Shown here piece after piece: positions 1-7,986 of a stretch of 64,000 nt of DNA. Numbering within the stretch: position 1 is the stretch's first letter; each line of letters opens with the position of its first letter. The translations under genes and the position numbers were made by a program. Below the pieces are notes generated by a model that saw only the letters and a program-made list of their open reading frames with translations, searched no databases and was not told where the DNA came from. The stretch is from IMG/VR virus record IMGVR_UViG_3300029305_005280; one strand, 5' to 3'. The stretch is from a virus (Duplodnaviria; Caudoviricetes).

Positions 1-98
1 CCCAAACCCCACGAAATAGGGCAACCAGCAAAAATCAAAAGCGGAATTGATTTACTTTCGACAACATGCAGAAGTACAATGCATGTAAATCATGTAAA

Positions 99-161
99 GA
101 AATGTGTGGTGTAAATTGGTAGCATTCACGATGGGTAAGAGGTTCAATTCCTCTACATTTC
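99..161 (+). ncRNA. tRNA-like element lacking a normal anticodon arm (pseudo-tRNA)
   Basis: Acceptor-like stem GAAATGT/ACATTTC, D-arm TGGTGTAAATTGGTAGCAT, T-arm AGAGG-TTCAATT-CCTCT; only ~12 nt between D and T arms; no CCA. Confidence 0.55.
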
Positions 162-244
162 TTGACAAGGCATAGAGCAAATGGCCTGCCTATTGCAAGG
201 GCTAATAAATGTGCAGAACCCGTCATACTTAATGCGGGACATAT

Positions 245-331
245 GGGTGGATATACCGTAAGTGGTAGCGGGGCAGACTGTAAATCTGCTGCCTAACGGC
301 TCGGGTGGTTCGACTCCATCTCCACCCACCA
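245..331 (+). tRNA. tRNA-Tyr(GTA)
   Basis: Cloverleaf, anticodon arm GCAGA-CTGTAAA-TCTGC, long variable arm, GGTTCGACTCC, encoded CCA. Confidence 0.97.
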
Positions 332-552
332 GAGGGAAGTTGACTTTTTGTATTTCAAACACACCTACTAATAGTGGTAGTAAATACTATAATATATTGT
401 CCTGGCAGACAAAAACCAGTGAAATAAAGAATTGCTGCGGGGTATAAGTGCGTGGTAGTGACCGTCGCCTCAACAATGCTTAAGGATATCGTCAAATGCC
501 GATTATTGGGATATAGTAACGAATAAATCTGGGAATAGTTACATAGATTTAT

Positions 553-627
553 CCAGATGTAAGTCAATGGTAGACGGCGAAGTTTGGGACTTCGTAGCTG
601 GGGGTTCGAATCCCTCCATCTGGACCA
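553..627 (+). tRNA. tRNA-Pro(TGG)
   Basis: CGAAG-TTTGGGA-CTTCG anticodon arm, T-loop TTCGAAT, CCA end. Confidence 0.96.
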
Positions 628-634
628 TTTATTT

Positions 635-709
635 GCCCTCATAGTTCAATGGATAGAACAAGGGTCTTCTAAACCCTAAATCTAAGTTCGATTCTTAGTG
701 AGGGTGCCA
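635..709 (+). tRNA. tRNA-Arg(TCT)
   Basis: AGGGT-CTTCTAA-ACCCT anticodon arm, T-loop TTCGATT, CCA end. Confidence 0.96.
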
Positions 710-712
710 CTA

Positions 713-905
713 GACGGATTGAGGTCTTGCATAGGTTAGAAAGTAAAAAGGTACGACACTTTTCCTATAAACCAGTGACTCACACTGTAGAGACTACTAA
801 GAGCTGTGAGGAAAGTCCGATGTGCTCACAGACGCTCAGACAGTAGGCAGCGACGAATAGGCCTAGTGAAGATGATAACTTTGATAATCAAATAAAAATC
901 CGGTC
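713..905 (+). ncRNA. Unidentified structured RNA (~190 nt) in the tRNA operon
   Basis: Closing helix GACGGATT/AATCCGGTC; long internal hairpin CTACT..GAGC-TGTGAG/CTCACA-GAC-GCTC..AGTAG; contains GAGGAAAGTCC; no ORF. Confidence 0.4.
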
Positions 906-1027
906 CAAAGTAAGCATAATATACTAAGTGGCATACATGAGATATTGGTTGGGCAGTGCTTCGCCTATTTAATCAAAAGCTAGTGTATGTACCCCCAGTT
1001 TTCCGGATGGGTCTGGGTAGTTTATCT

Positions 1028-1118
1028 GGAGGAGTACCCAAGTGGTTGAAGGGTCCGGTCTTGAAAACCGGTAGGTCGGGCAACCGGCGCGGGAGTTCGA
1101 ATCTCCCCTCCTCCGCCA
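1028..1118 (+). tRNA. tRNA-Ser(TGA)
   Basis: CCGGT-CTTGAAA-ACCGG, long variable arm, CCA end. Confidence 0.97.
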
Positions 1119-1228
1119 AATCTAAAACACTTGTGGTTCAAGGTTCATGAGTATTCCGTTCGATTCGGAAGTAATAAATGGATGATGTAACAATCTCTCA
1201 TGTTTTTAGTGGTTCAATTCCACTTTAT

Positions 1229-1318
1229 GGAGCGATGGGTGAGAGGTTGAAACCACCTCCCTGCTAAGGAGGCGAGGTCTACGGGCCTCCGACAGTTCGA
1301 ATCTGTCTCGCTCCGCCA
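1229..1318 (+). tRNA. tRNA-Ser(GCT)
   Basis: CCTCC-CTGCTAA-GGAGG, long variable arm, CCA end. Confidence 0.97.
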
Positions 1319-1323
1319 TATAT

Positions 1324-1412
1324 GGTAGCCGTGGTGGAATTGGTAGACACGCTGGATTGTGGCTCCAGTACTCTTTTGAGTTGTGAGAGTTCAAGTCTCT
1401 CCGGTTACCCCA
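1324..1412 (+). tRNA. tRNA-His(GTG) with atypical long variable arm
   Basis: CTGGA-TTGTGGC-TCCAG; encoded G-1 opposite C73; Leu-like D arm GTGGTGGAATTGGTAGACAC; variable hairpin ACTC-TTTT-GAGT. Confidence 0.9.
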
Positions 1413-1441
1413 GATAAAATATAATAACTGAGGTGTTTACG

Positions 1442-1558
1442 ATGCTAAGAGATAAACTTTACTATGAAAATAGAATTAGTTTGCTTTCTAATAGAGCAAA
1501 AGAGAATCAAAGAATCATTGCGAAACTAAAAAGAAAGCTAAGACAACTTGAGGCATAA
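1442..1558 (+). CDS. Small basic protein (38 aa), not in the ORF track
   Basis: GAGGTG SD; MLRDKLYYENRISLLSNRAKENQRIIAKLKRKLRQLEA. Confidence 0.6.
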   Translation: MLRDKLYYENRISLLSNRAKENQRIIAKLKRKLRQLEA

Positions 1559-1565
1559 TAACAGA

Positions 1566-2375
1566 ATGAATCATAATAAATATGGTTGTAAACCTCCTCA
1601 AATTGATGTAAGAGACTACAAACTTGCAAAAACCGCAGTTGACGCCTCTTCCTTACCTGTCGCATATGTTCCTATGCAATTACCAGCAGTTAAAAATCAA
1701 AAAAGTGTTTCTTCTTGTGTAGCACATACAACAAGTTCGATTCTTGAATTCCATGATATTGAAAATGGTAATACATTATCAACTAACTTCATATATGGTA
1801 TTCAAAAACAATTTTGTGGACATGAAGGCTCAGGAATGTATTTGAGAGATGCTTGTAAAATTGTTAAAGAATATGGCGATATGCTCGAAAGTGACTGCTC
1901 TGGTAACGACGAAATACCTAAGTGCTGGGAGATTGCACAGGATGCCCTTAATAACGATAAATGCAAAAAGAATGCACAGGCGTTTAAAGTAAAATCTTAT
2001 TTCAATTGTTCCAGTAATAATGACATTAAAAGAGCAATCTATGAATACGGGCCTGTTTTATGTTCTATTAAATGGTATGATACGTTCAAAGTGGATAAAG
2101 ATGGTGCTCTTGAAGGAGCTCAAAAAGGTGACTATGGTTATCATGCAGTAATGATTTATGGATGGAATTCAACAGGATTTTTGTGTCAAAATAGTTGGGG
2201 CAAAAATTGGGGCGTAAATGGTAGATTTGTTCTTCCTTATAGTATCCCAGTTGCGGAAGCAAAGGGCTTAGTCGACGAAGAAACATCAAATATTATTATT
2301 CCTAAAAGAAATAAATTTTTAGATTTTATTTATAAGATTGTAAATGCCATTGTTAACTTTTTCAAAGGTAAGTAG
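1566..2375 (+). CDS. Papain-like cysteine peptidase (C1 family)
   Basis: NQ..VSSCVAH catalytic Cys, YHAVMIYGW His, QNSWG Asn motif; C-terminal amphipathic helix. Confidence 0.9.
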   Translation: MNHNKYGCKPPQIDVRDYKLAKTAVDASSLPVAYVPMQLPAVKNQKSVSSCVAHTTSSILEFHDIENGNTLSTNFIYGIQKQFCGHEGSGMYLRDACKIVKEYGDMLESDCSGNDEIPKCWEIAQDALNNDKCKKNAQAFKVKSYFNCSSNNDIKRAIYEYGPVLCSIKWYDTFKVDKDGALEGAQKGDYGYHAVMIYGWNSTGFLCQNSWGKNWGVNGRFVLPYSIPVAEAKGLVDEETSNIIIPKRNKFLDFIYKIVNAIVNFFKGK

Positions 2376-2385
2376 GTGCTAATCA

Positions 2386-3111
2386 ATGAGTGTTGATACA
2401 TCATTAAAAACCGAAGTATTTGAAAAAGGTGTAAGAAAGAATTCTTTCATTCAGGATAATAACAAGTGGTATAATACAACGGGTGTTGGTGGATATTCAA
2501 CATGTATTGTTGGTAGCCCATCAAGAAGTGGTGCAAATGTTCTTTGCAATTGTGTAGGGCTTGCTAATGGGGCATTTAATGAAACATATGTTAAATGTAA
2601 GCAAACATTAGATTCATCCTTTGTACCTAAACAATATTATGCTTTTACTTCCAATGGTAATACGACAATAACAAGAGCAAAATCATTAGGACTAGAAACT
2701 ATTGACCCTTCAGGTATTCCTCCTCTTGGTGGTTTAATCTCTTGGGGTGGAGGAGCCAATCACGTTGCATATATAGCTGATGTTATTGATAATGACACTA
2801 TAGTTATAGTACAGGCAGGTTATGACACGCCAGTATGGTCTCAGAGAAATACCGCTGATACAGGTTGGGTATGTGATGCAAGAACTATAAAAAGAGGTTC
2901 TTCGAATCTGTGGGCATATCAGAATTCAGTTCCAAGTGGCACTGTTTGTCAAGGATTTGTTGTTAATCCTGCAGTAGCTGATGCAATAGAAGCAATATAT
3001 GGAGTTAGACTTGGTAATCAATTATATTCTGCTCATATATGGAAAGATGGTAAATGGAATAAAACAATTCCTCACCTGTGGTCAAATGGTAAATGGAATA
3101 AAACAAATTAA
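2386..3111 (+). CDS. CHAP-domain cell-wall hydrolase
   Basis: NCVG Cys and NHVAYI His motifs with GGLISW between them. Confidence 0.75.
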   Translation: MSVDTSLKTEVFEKGVRKNSFIQDNNKWYNTTGVGGYSTCIVGSPSRSGANVLCNCVGLANGAFNETYVKCKQTLDSSFVPKQYYAFTSNGNTTITRAKSLGLETIDPSGIPPLGGLISWGGGANHVAYIADVIDNDTIVIVQAGYDTPVWSQRNTADTGWVCDARTIKRGSSNLWAYQNSVPSGTVCQGFVVNPAVADAIEAIYGVRLGNQLYSAHIWKDGKWNKTIPHLWSNGKWNKTN

Positions 3112-3268
3112 AAATTATTAAAGATTTAGTTGAATCTTCTCAATTTACATAATATAATTATTGTATAATATAAAGTAGCATAAAACACAAGATTGCAAAA
3201 AAACTTGTTTGTGAGAGTTTTAAACCATCGGTGCCTGCACTGGTAGTATTTTAAATCACAACCTATAT

Positions 3269-3344
3269 TCCCACTTAGCTCAGTCGGTAGAGCACTCGGC
3301 TGTTAACCAAGCGGTCGCAGGTTCGAGCCCTGCAGTGGGAGCCA
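3269..3344 (+). tRNA. tRNA-Asn(GTT)
   Basis: Loop CTGTTAA, D arm TAGCTCAGTCGGTAGAGCA, CCA; one C-A mismatch in the anticodon stem. Confidence 0.95.
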
Positions 3345-3479
3345 CAGGTCCACTGTTAGGTGTTTTCATACGACCTGTACAAATAAACATTTTAGAAAAC
3401 ATGTGGTGCTTAAAGGTATGGTAAGACATATGTGCTTACGAAGCGTTTCGACCAATGTCCGACTCGAAACGAATCATTT

Positions 3480-3554
3480 GCTGGCGTGGCTCAATGGTAG
3501 AGCAGCTGATTTGTAATCAGCAGGTTGCAGGTTCGACTCCTGTCGCCAGCTCCA
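3480..3554 (+). tRNA. tRNA-Thr(TGT)
   Basis: GCTGA-TTTGTAA-TCAGC, CCA end. Confidence 0.97.
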
Positions 3555-3558
3555 ATAT

Positions 3559-3634
3559 GGGGCCATAACTCAACTGGGAGAGTGCCTGCTTTGCAAGCAG
3601 GATGTTAGGGGTTCAAGTCCCCTTGGTTCCACCA
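3559..3634 (+). tRNA. tRNA-Ala(TGC)
   Basis: CCTGC-TTTGCAA-GCAGG, G3:U70 pair, CCA end. Confidence 0.97.
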
Positions 3635-3706
3635 ATAGTTTCATAGAGTTCTAATAAACTATGTGCTTGTCACTTTAAGAAGTGAGTGGGTATAAAGTCC
3701 CACAAA

Positions 3707-4365
3707 TTCGTACCTTGAAAGATGTATACAATATAACTCAGTGATAAACATAAGGTACGCTCCTTATGCTGAGAGGAGCCCTAATTCTTCGGAAACGATT
3801 CCACGACAGAGAAACGTAAGAGGATACTCGGAAAAATGTCGTTACTTTGAGTAGTGATATTCAAAGTTGCAGAAGTAAACTTCAATGGAATGGGCTCTGT
3901 GCTGAGGTTATTGCAAGTAATGGTAAAGTGGGCATCGCACTCGTAATAGAGGCTATCGTTAATACCGATAGCTGAATCCAAGTTAGGATTTTAGCTGGTG
4001 ACTGTAATCAAACCTTGTGAAATACCACCAAGAGTGTTGGTCGTGATGTTCTTGAAAAAGAAAGTATAAGGTGCTCATCCAGTTTCCGAGTAGCCGAAGA
4101 CCAGTGGTAATTGAAGAAACAAATAATTTAGAAAGTAAGATTATCAAATTCTTCTGAATAGACGGTGAAAGGTGCAGGTAATCAGTCCTGCTATAGCTTG
4201 TGTGGTCCAGGGTCCCGCCGTTAACGGGAAGCCCAGACTTCGTGGCAAGAAGTTAGGGGTCGCTACCCGAAGCTCAGACTTGTCATCTATATGACCGAAT
4301 ATACTTGAAAATAATTATCAGTAATCCGAAGGGATAGTTGTTGTATATATCTTTAAAGGTACGAA
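3707..4365 (+). ncRNA. Large ornate ncRNA, ROOL-like candidate (GOLLD not excluded)
   Basis: 659 nt with no credible ORF between tRNA-Ala and tRNA-fMet; 25-bp terminal helix TTCGTACCTTGAAAGATGTATACAA / TTGTATATATCTTTAAAGGTACGAA; GC-richer than flanks with many hairpins. Confidence 0.65.
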
Positions 4366-4405
4366 AAGTGTGCCGTTCGCTTGCGGCTAATCAAGCGAGT
4401 TATAT

Positions 4406-4481
4406 CGCGGAGTGATGCAGTGGTCAGCAATTTGGGCTCATAACCCAAAAGTCAGTGGTTCGAATCCACTCTCCGCAACCA
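4406..4481 (+). tRNA. tRNA-fMet(CAT)
   Basis: C1:A72 mismatch, GGG/CCC at the anticodon stem base, loop CTCATAA, CCA. Confidence 0.95.
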
Positions 4482-4572
4482 GCTGTTTAGGTTTTACATT
4501 TGTTGTACAGTTCAGCGTGTCAAACTACAAACAAATGCGGTTTATAGGCATTGTCCGATAACAATGACTTAT

Positions 4573-4647
4573 GGTCTCTTGGTGAAGTGGTTATCATATG
4601 TGCCTGTCACGCACAAGTCACGAGTTCAATTCTCGTAGGGACCGCCA
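4573..4647 (+). tRNA. tRNA-Asp(GTC)
   Basis: TGTGC-CTGTCAC-GCACA, CCA end. Confidence 0.96.
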
Positions 4648-4669
4648 TAGTACATCAAAGCTTATAATA

Positions 4670-4707
4670 AAAAGAGTATCAAGTTAGATTGGTACTCTTT
4701 TTATTTT
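4670..4707 (+). terminator. Rho-independent terminator ending the tRNA operon
   Basis: AAAAGAGTATC/GGTACTCTTTT hairpin followed by a T-run. Confidence 0.75.
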
Positions 4708-4739
4708 TAGTTGATTTATTACAACTGTCAATATATAAT
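4708..4739 (+). promoter_or_regulatory. Phage early promoter TAGTTGAnn-N17-TATAAT (representative of 19 copies)
   Basis: Same 32-bp geometry at 3127, 4708, 5314, 5768, 7488, 9431, 10091, 11121, 12968, 16960, 21954, 23293, 24657, 30064, 32451, 33808, 37418, 38073, 45918. Confidence 0.88.
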
Positions 4740-4774
4740 ATAAGTGAAGAAAACGAAAAGGAAGGGTATCAAAA

Positions 4775-5005
4775 ATGAATATCAATGAAATTACAATGGG
4801 AATGACTCCGCAAGAAAAAGACATCTATTTCGCTCATATGGAAAAAAGACATAAAGAAGAACAAGAAAAAGTTGAGCTTGAAAGAGCTCAAACAAGAGCA
4901 TATAAAGAATCTTTAATTGAAGACATAATGAAAAGTAAGCCTAATTCTGATATTGAATATTTAAAGAAGCTTTCTATCAGGTCGTTGGAAAGAATATGGT
5001 GCTAA
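4775..5005 (+). CDS. Hypothetical early protein
   Basis: Promoter plus GGAAGG SD upstream. Confidence 0.75.
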   Translation: MNINEITMGMTPQEKDIYFAHMEKRHKEEQEKVELERAQTRAYKESLIEDIMKSKPNSDIEYLKKLSIRSLERIWC

Positions 5006-5007
5006 AA

Positions 5008-5316
5008 ATGCAAATAACAAAACATTGGTTGGAGCGAGAATTTCGTATCCAGTTTATAAAAGATAAAATAGGAGTTGGAAATCCTGTTAATTCATTTAGA
5101 GTTGATAAAGGACATCCTGATGGTCCTGAAATACATACTTTAACTGATACAGGTATCATAATAATTAAAAATGCTTATACAGGTAATCTAATAACAATGC
5201 TTATAGCAAGGCCCGGACAGGTGCAAAGATATTATGAACGACAAAGAATGGCTGCTCCACCCGATTTAATTAAAACTGCGGTAAAGCATCAAAGGTTAGG
5301 TTACAATGAAATATAG
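5008..5316 (+). CDS. Hypothetical phage protein (VDKGHPDGPEIH motif)
   Basis: Intact ORF directly downstream of the previous gene. Confidence 0.75.
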   Translation: MQITKHWLEREFRIQFIKDKIGVGNPVNSFRVDKGHPDGPEIHTLTDTGIIIIKNAYTGNLITMLIARPGQVQRYYERQRMAAPPDLIKTAVKHQRLGYNEI

Positions 5317-5376
5317 TTGAATATTCAACTTACATATATTATAATATAAACATAATTGATAAGGAAGGTTGGTTAT

Positions 5377-5769
5377 ATGGGATACGAAAGTAAACTTTAT
5401 GTTGTGGATGTAAAAGATGACAATAGTATGTGCCTTGGTCCTAAAGGAATGAAATGGGGTCAGGTTATTGCAACATTTGAATTAAGCGTTTTTGAACCTG
5501 TTAGAAACTATTTCAAAACTAGAACAAACACAGATTGTTATATCTATGCCGATGATGGTAATACAATAATCTTAGAGGATAGATATGGTAATCCTTTAAC
5601 AGAATCAAACATTGAACCTCTTGTAAACCTTCTTAAAGAAGAAGCTCTTGATGATTCTTTTGGAGGTCAACCCTATCGTAGAATAAAGCCCTGTCTTGCA
5701 ATGTTGGAGATGTTTATGCTCAATTCTTCGCAGTGGGGCAATCTTAAAGTATTACATTATGGGTATTAA
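5377..5769 (+). CDS. Hypothetical protein
   Basis: Own promoter (5314) and AGGAAGG SD. Confidence 0.75.
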   Translation: MGYESKLYVVDVKDDNSMCLGPKGMKWGQVIATFELSVFEPVRNYFKTRTNTDCYIYADDGNTIILEDRYGNPLTESNIEPLVNLLKEEALDDSFGGQPYRRIKPCLAMLEMFMLNSSQWGNLKVLHYGY

Positions 5770-5832
5770 GTTGAAATAATCAACATAATATATTATAATG
5801 ATATATGAAGAAAGACAAAGGAGTGTTCTTAG

Positions 5833-7482
5833 ATGAGTAAATTATCTAAAGCAGTTGAAGCAATGCACGAAGATGTAGTGCTTCGTAAAGATGAAACAGA
5901 AGTTAACTTTATGGGTGGTGACTCCTACAAGTTAAATCCGCTTGAAACCTTGAAGATGATTAGTGCTTCTTCCATCTTTGGTGAACCTTCTTACTACCGT
6001 GACGGCAGAAGTGCAAAGAAAACACTTTACAAGGTAGACAGGCTTGTAAAAGATTGGCTCATTATTCCTGACCGCTATGTAGGTAAAAATACAGAGCAAA
6101 TCATGGAGTCTGCAATTGATGCAGCACTGGAGTATGATTTTGGCGCGACGCTTGAGTGGGCAACTACTTTGCGTAATGATTTCTTTATGCGTCTTAATCC
6201 TCAAGTCATTATGGTAAGAGCAGCTATGCATCCTAACCGTAAAGAATGGACCGAGGCTAATCCTGGCAAATTCAATGAATATAATCAGATGGTTATGAAG
6301 CGTGCAGATGAGCCTATGTCTCAGATGGCTTACTATCTGTATCTTAATAAAGGTAAGAAGAATAAGATTCCTTCTGTTATTAAACGCTCTTGGGCTGACA
6401 ATCTGAGCAAGCTGAATCGTTACAAGGTTGCTAAATACAAGAATCATGAAATTGGAATGATTAACGGTGTACGCCTTTGCCACGCAAATTCCAAAGTTCT
6501 TGATGAACTGATGACCAGTGGCACCGTTGAAGTTTCTGAGGATTCTAAAACTTGGGAAAATCTTCGTTCAGAAGGAAAGACCTGGGAAGAAATCTTTGAT
6601 ACTGTAGATATGGGCCATATGGCATTACTGAGAAATATCAGAGGCGTTTTCTCCGAATCTGACAACAAGGACCTTTTTGTAAGATACATGACTAAACTTA
6701 AATCAACTGTAAAAGATGGAAAGCAATTTCCTTTCAGATACTGGTCTGCAATCCAAGCTGTTCAAGGCAGTAACTGTAACTTTAAACCCTTAATCATTGA
6801 TGCCCTTGAAGAATGTATGGATATTGCGGTTGATAACTATCCCAAGCTAAGAGGCAAAACAATGTGCCTATCAGATAACTCTGGCTCTGCTTGGGGAGCT
6901 GTAACAACTGAGTACGGCTCTGTGACTGTTGCAAATATTGATAATCTTTCCTCTGTTATTACTGCAGCTTGTTCCGATGAAGGATATGTTGGTAAGTTTG
7001 GTGACAGATTGATTACCCATCCTATCAGCAAACGCAGAGGTATTCTGTCTCAAGCAGAAGCAATTACTCGTGATAGAGACCGAGATGTTGGCGGTGGTAC
7101 TGAAGGCGGTATCTGGGAATTCTTCAGAAGTGCTATTGATAAGAAAGAACACTGGGACAATATCTTTATCTATTCTGATATGCAAGCAGGACATGGTGGT
7201 CTGTATGGCACAAGTTCTCAATACAATGACTATCGTCGTAGAGGATATGATATTGGAAACCATATCAATGTGTTCAAACTTGTACAGGATTATAGAAAAA
7301 TTGTTAATCCCAAAGTAAATGTATTCTCTATTCAAACAGCAGGTTATACTAATAACTTGATGCCTGAGATGGCATACAGAACTGCAATTTTGAGTGGTTG
7401 GACTGGCAAGGAAGCTTCTTTTGCGGAAGAGTACATTCGTCAGTGGGATGAAATTGAAACAAAAAATTCTAAAAAGAATTAG
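5833..7482 (+). CDS. Ro60/Rsr-like TROVE-domain RNA-binding protein with C-terminal vWA domain
   Basis: 549 aa; N-terminal NFMGG..Y and FGEPSYY; MGHMALLRNIR; QFPFRY; vWA MIDAS-like CLSDNSGS, GGGT, IYSDMQ; own promoter at 5768. Confidence 0.9.
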   Translation: MSKLSKAVEAMHEDVVLRKDETEVNFMGGDSYKLNPLETLKMISASSIFGEPSYYRDGRSAKKTLYKVDRLVKDWLIIPDRYVGKNTEQIMESAIDAALEYDFGATLEWATTLRNDFFMRLNPQVIMVRAAMHPNRKEWTEANPGKFNEYNQMVMKRADEPMSQMAYYLYLNKGKKNKIPSVIKRSWADNLSKLNRYKVAKYKNHEIGMINGVRLCHANSKVLDELMTSGTVEVSEDSKTWENLRSEGKTWEEIFDTVDMGHMALLRNIRGVFSESDNKDLFVRYMTKLKSTVKDGKQFPFRYWSAIQAVQGSNCNFKPLIIDALEECMDIAVDNYPKLRGKTMCLSDNSGSAWGAVTTEYGSVTVANIDNLSSVITAACSDEGYVGKFGDRLITHPISKRRGILSQAEAITRDRDRDVGGGTEGGIWEFFRSAIDKKEHWDNIFIYSDMQAGHGGLYGTSSQYNDYRRRGYDIGNHINVFKLVQDYRKIVNPKVNVFSIQTAGYTNNLMPEMAYRTAILSGWTGKEASFAEEYIRQWDEIETKNSKKN

Positions 7483-7487
7483 TGATT

Positions 7488-7519
7488 TAGTTGATAAATG
7501 AAGCATAAAGCTTTATAAT
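7488..7519 (+). promoter_or_regulatory. Promoter driving the Y-RNA-like array
   Basis: TAGTTGATA-N17-TATAAT immediately after the Ro60 stop codon. Confidence 0.85.
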
Positions 7520-7551
7520 ATAAATGTAGAAAGATAATTAAATATTGACAA

Positions 7552-7658
7552 CTGCTTGATGCAGAGACAGATGCTTACTTCATTGGTTGAAAATTTGTCT
7601 TGAAAACGAATACAGCAGGTTCGAGTCCTGTATTAGCATCTTCATTATTCTCAAGCAG
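7552..7658 (+). ncRNA. Y-RNA-like unit 1 (insert: Ser-UGA anticodon arm plus T arm)
   Basis: Stem CTGCTTGA/TCAAGCAG, TGCAG, AGATGC/GCATCT, TTACTTC; ATTTGT-CTTGAAA-ACGAAT; GCAGG-TTCGAGT-CCTGT. Confidence 0.8.
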
Positions 7659-7680
7659 GACCTTCCTTTATGGAATAGTA

Positions 7681-7782
7681 TTTCTGATGCAGTAAATCAA
7701 GTTACTTCAGGCTTTGACTTTTAATCAAAATACCTAATAGACTTAAAATCTATCAATACACTTGATTTGATATTCTCAGAAA
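7681..7782 (+). ncRNA. Y-RNA-like unit 2 (insert: two anticodon stem-loops, Lys-UUU and Leu-UAA)
   Basis: Stem TTTCTGA/TCAGAAA, TGCAG, AAATCAAG/CTTGATTT, TTACTTC; TTTGA-CTTTTAA-TCAAA and ATAGA-CTTAAAA-TCTAT. Confidence 0.8.
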
Positions 7783-7803
7783 TTATTGTATAAAATATAT
7801 AAC

Positions 7804-7971
7804 ATGTGTGAAGCAGGGAGATTAGTTACTTCGAAAGGTTTGGTCTGTTAAACCCGAAGTCGTTGGTTCGAATCCAACCATTGTTAGTAACGGCGAGTGA
7901 AAGCAATGTAACTCAGCTGGAAAGAGTGCGTGTAAATTTAGAAATTTACTAATTTCATTATTCTCACACAT
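7804..7971 (+). ncRNA. Y-RNA-like unit 3 (YrlA-type circularly permuted tRNA with an Asn-GUU loop)
   Basis: Stem ATGTGTGA/TCACACAT, AGCAG, AGATTAG/CTAATTT, TTACTTC; order: anticodon arm (GGT-CTGTTAA-ACC), T arm GTTGG-TTCGAAT-CCAAC, closed acceptor CATTGTT/AGCAATG, D arm ACTC-AGCTGGAAA-GAGT. Confidence 0.85.
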
Positions 7972-7986
7972 CTATTTAAAAGTAAT

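Noticed and set aside
1-30. Possible 3' end of an RNA gene (…GGGCAACCA)
   Set aside because: It is truncated by the window edge and has no recognisable T arm, so it cannot be assigned.
35-1394. Short ORFs overlapping the tRNA cluster (e.g. 153..362, 262..447, 355..642, 956..1150, 1206..1394)
   Set aside because: They are shadow translations of tRNA genes with no SD or coding signature.
5932-7506. Long minus-strand ORFs (183 aa, 211 aa) opposite Ro60, and similar antisense ORFs across the window
   Set aside because: They are antisense shadows of real + strand genes, with no SD, promoter or recognisable motifs.
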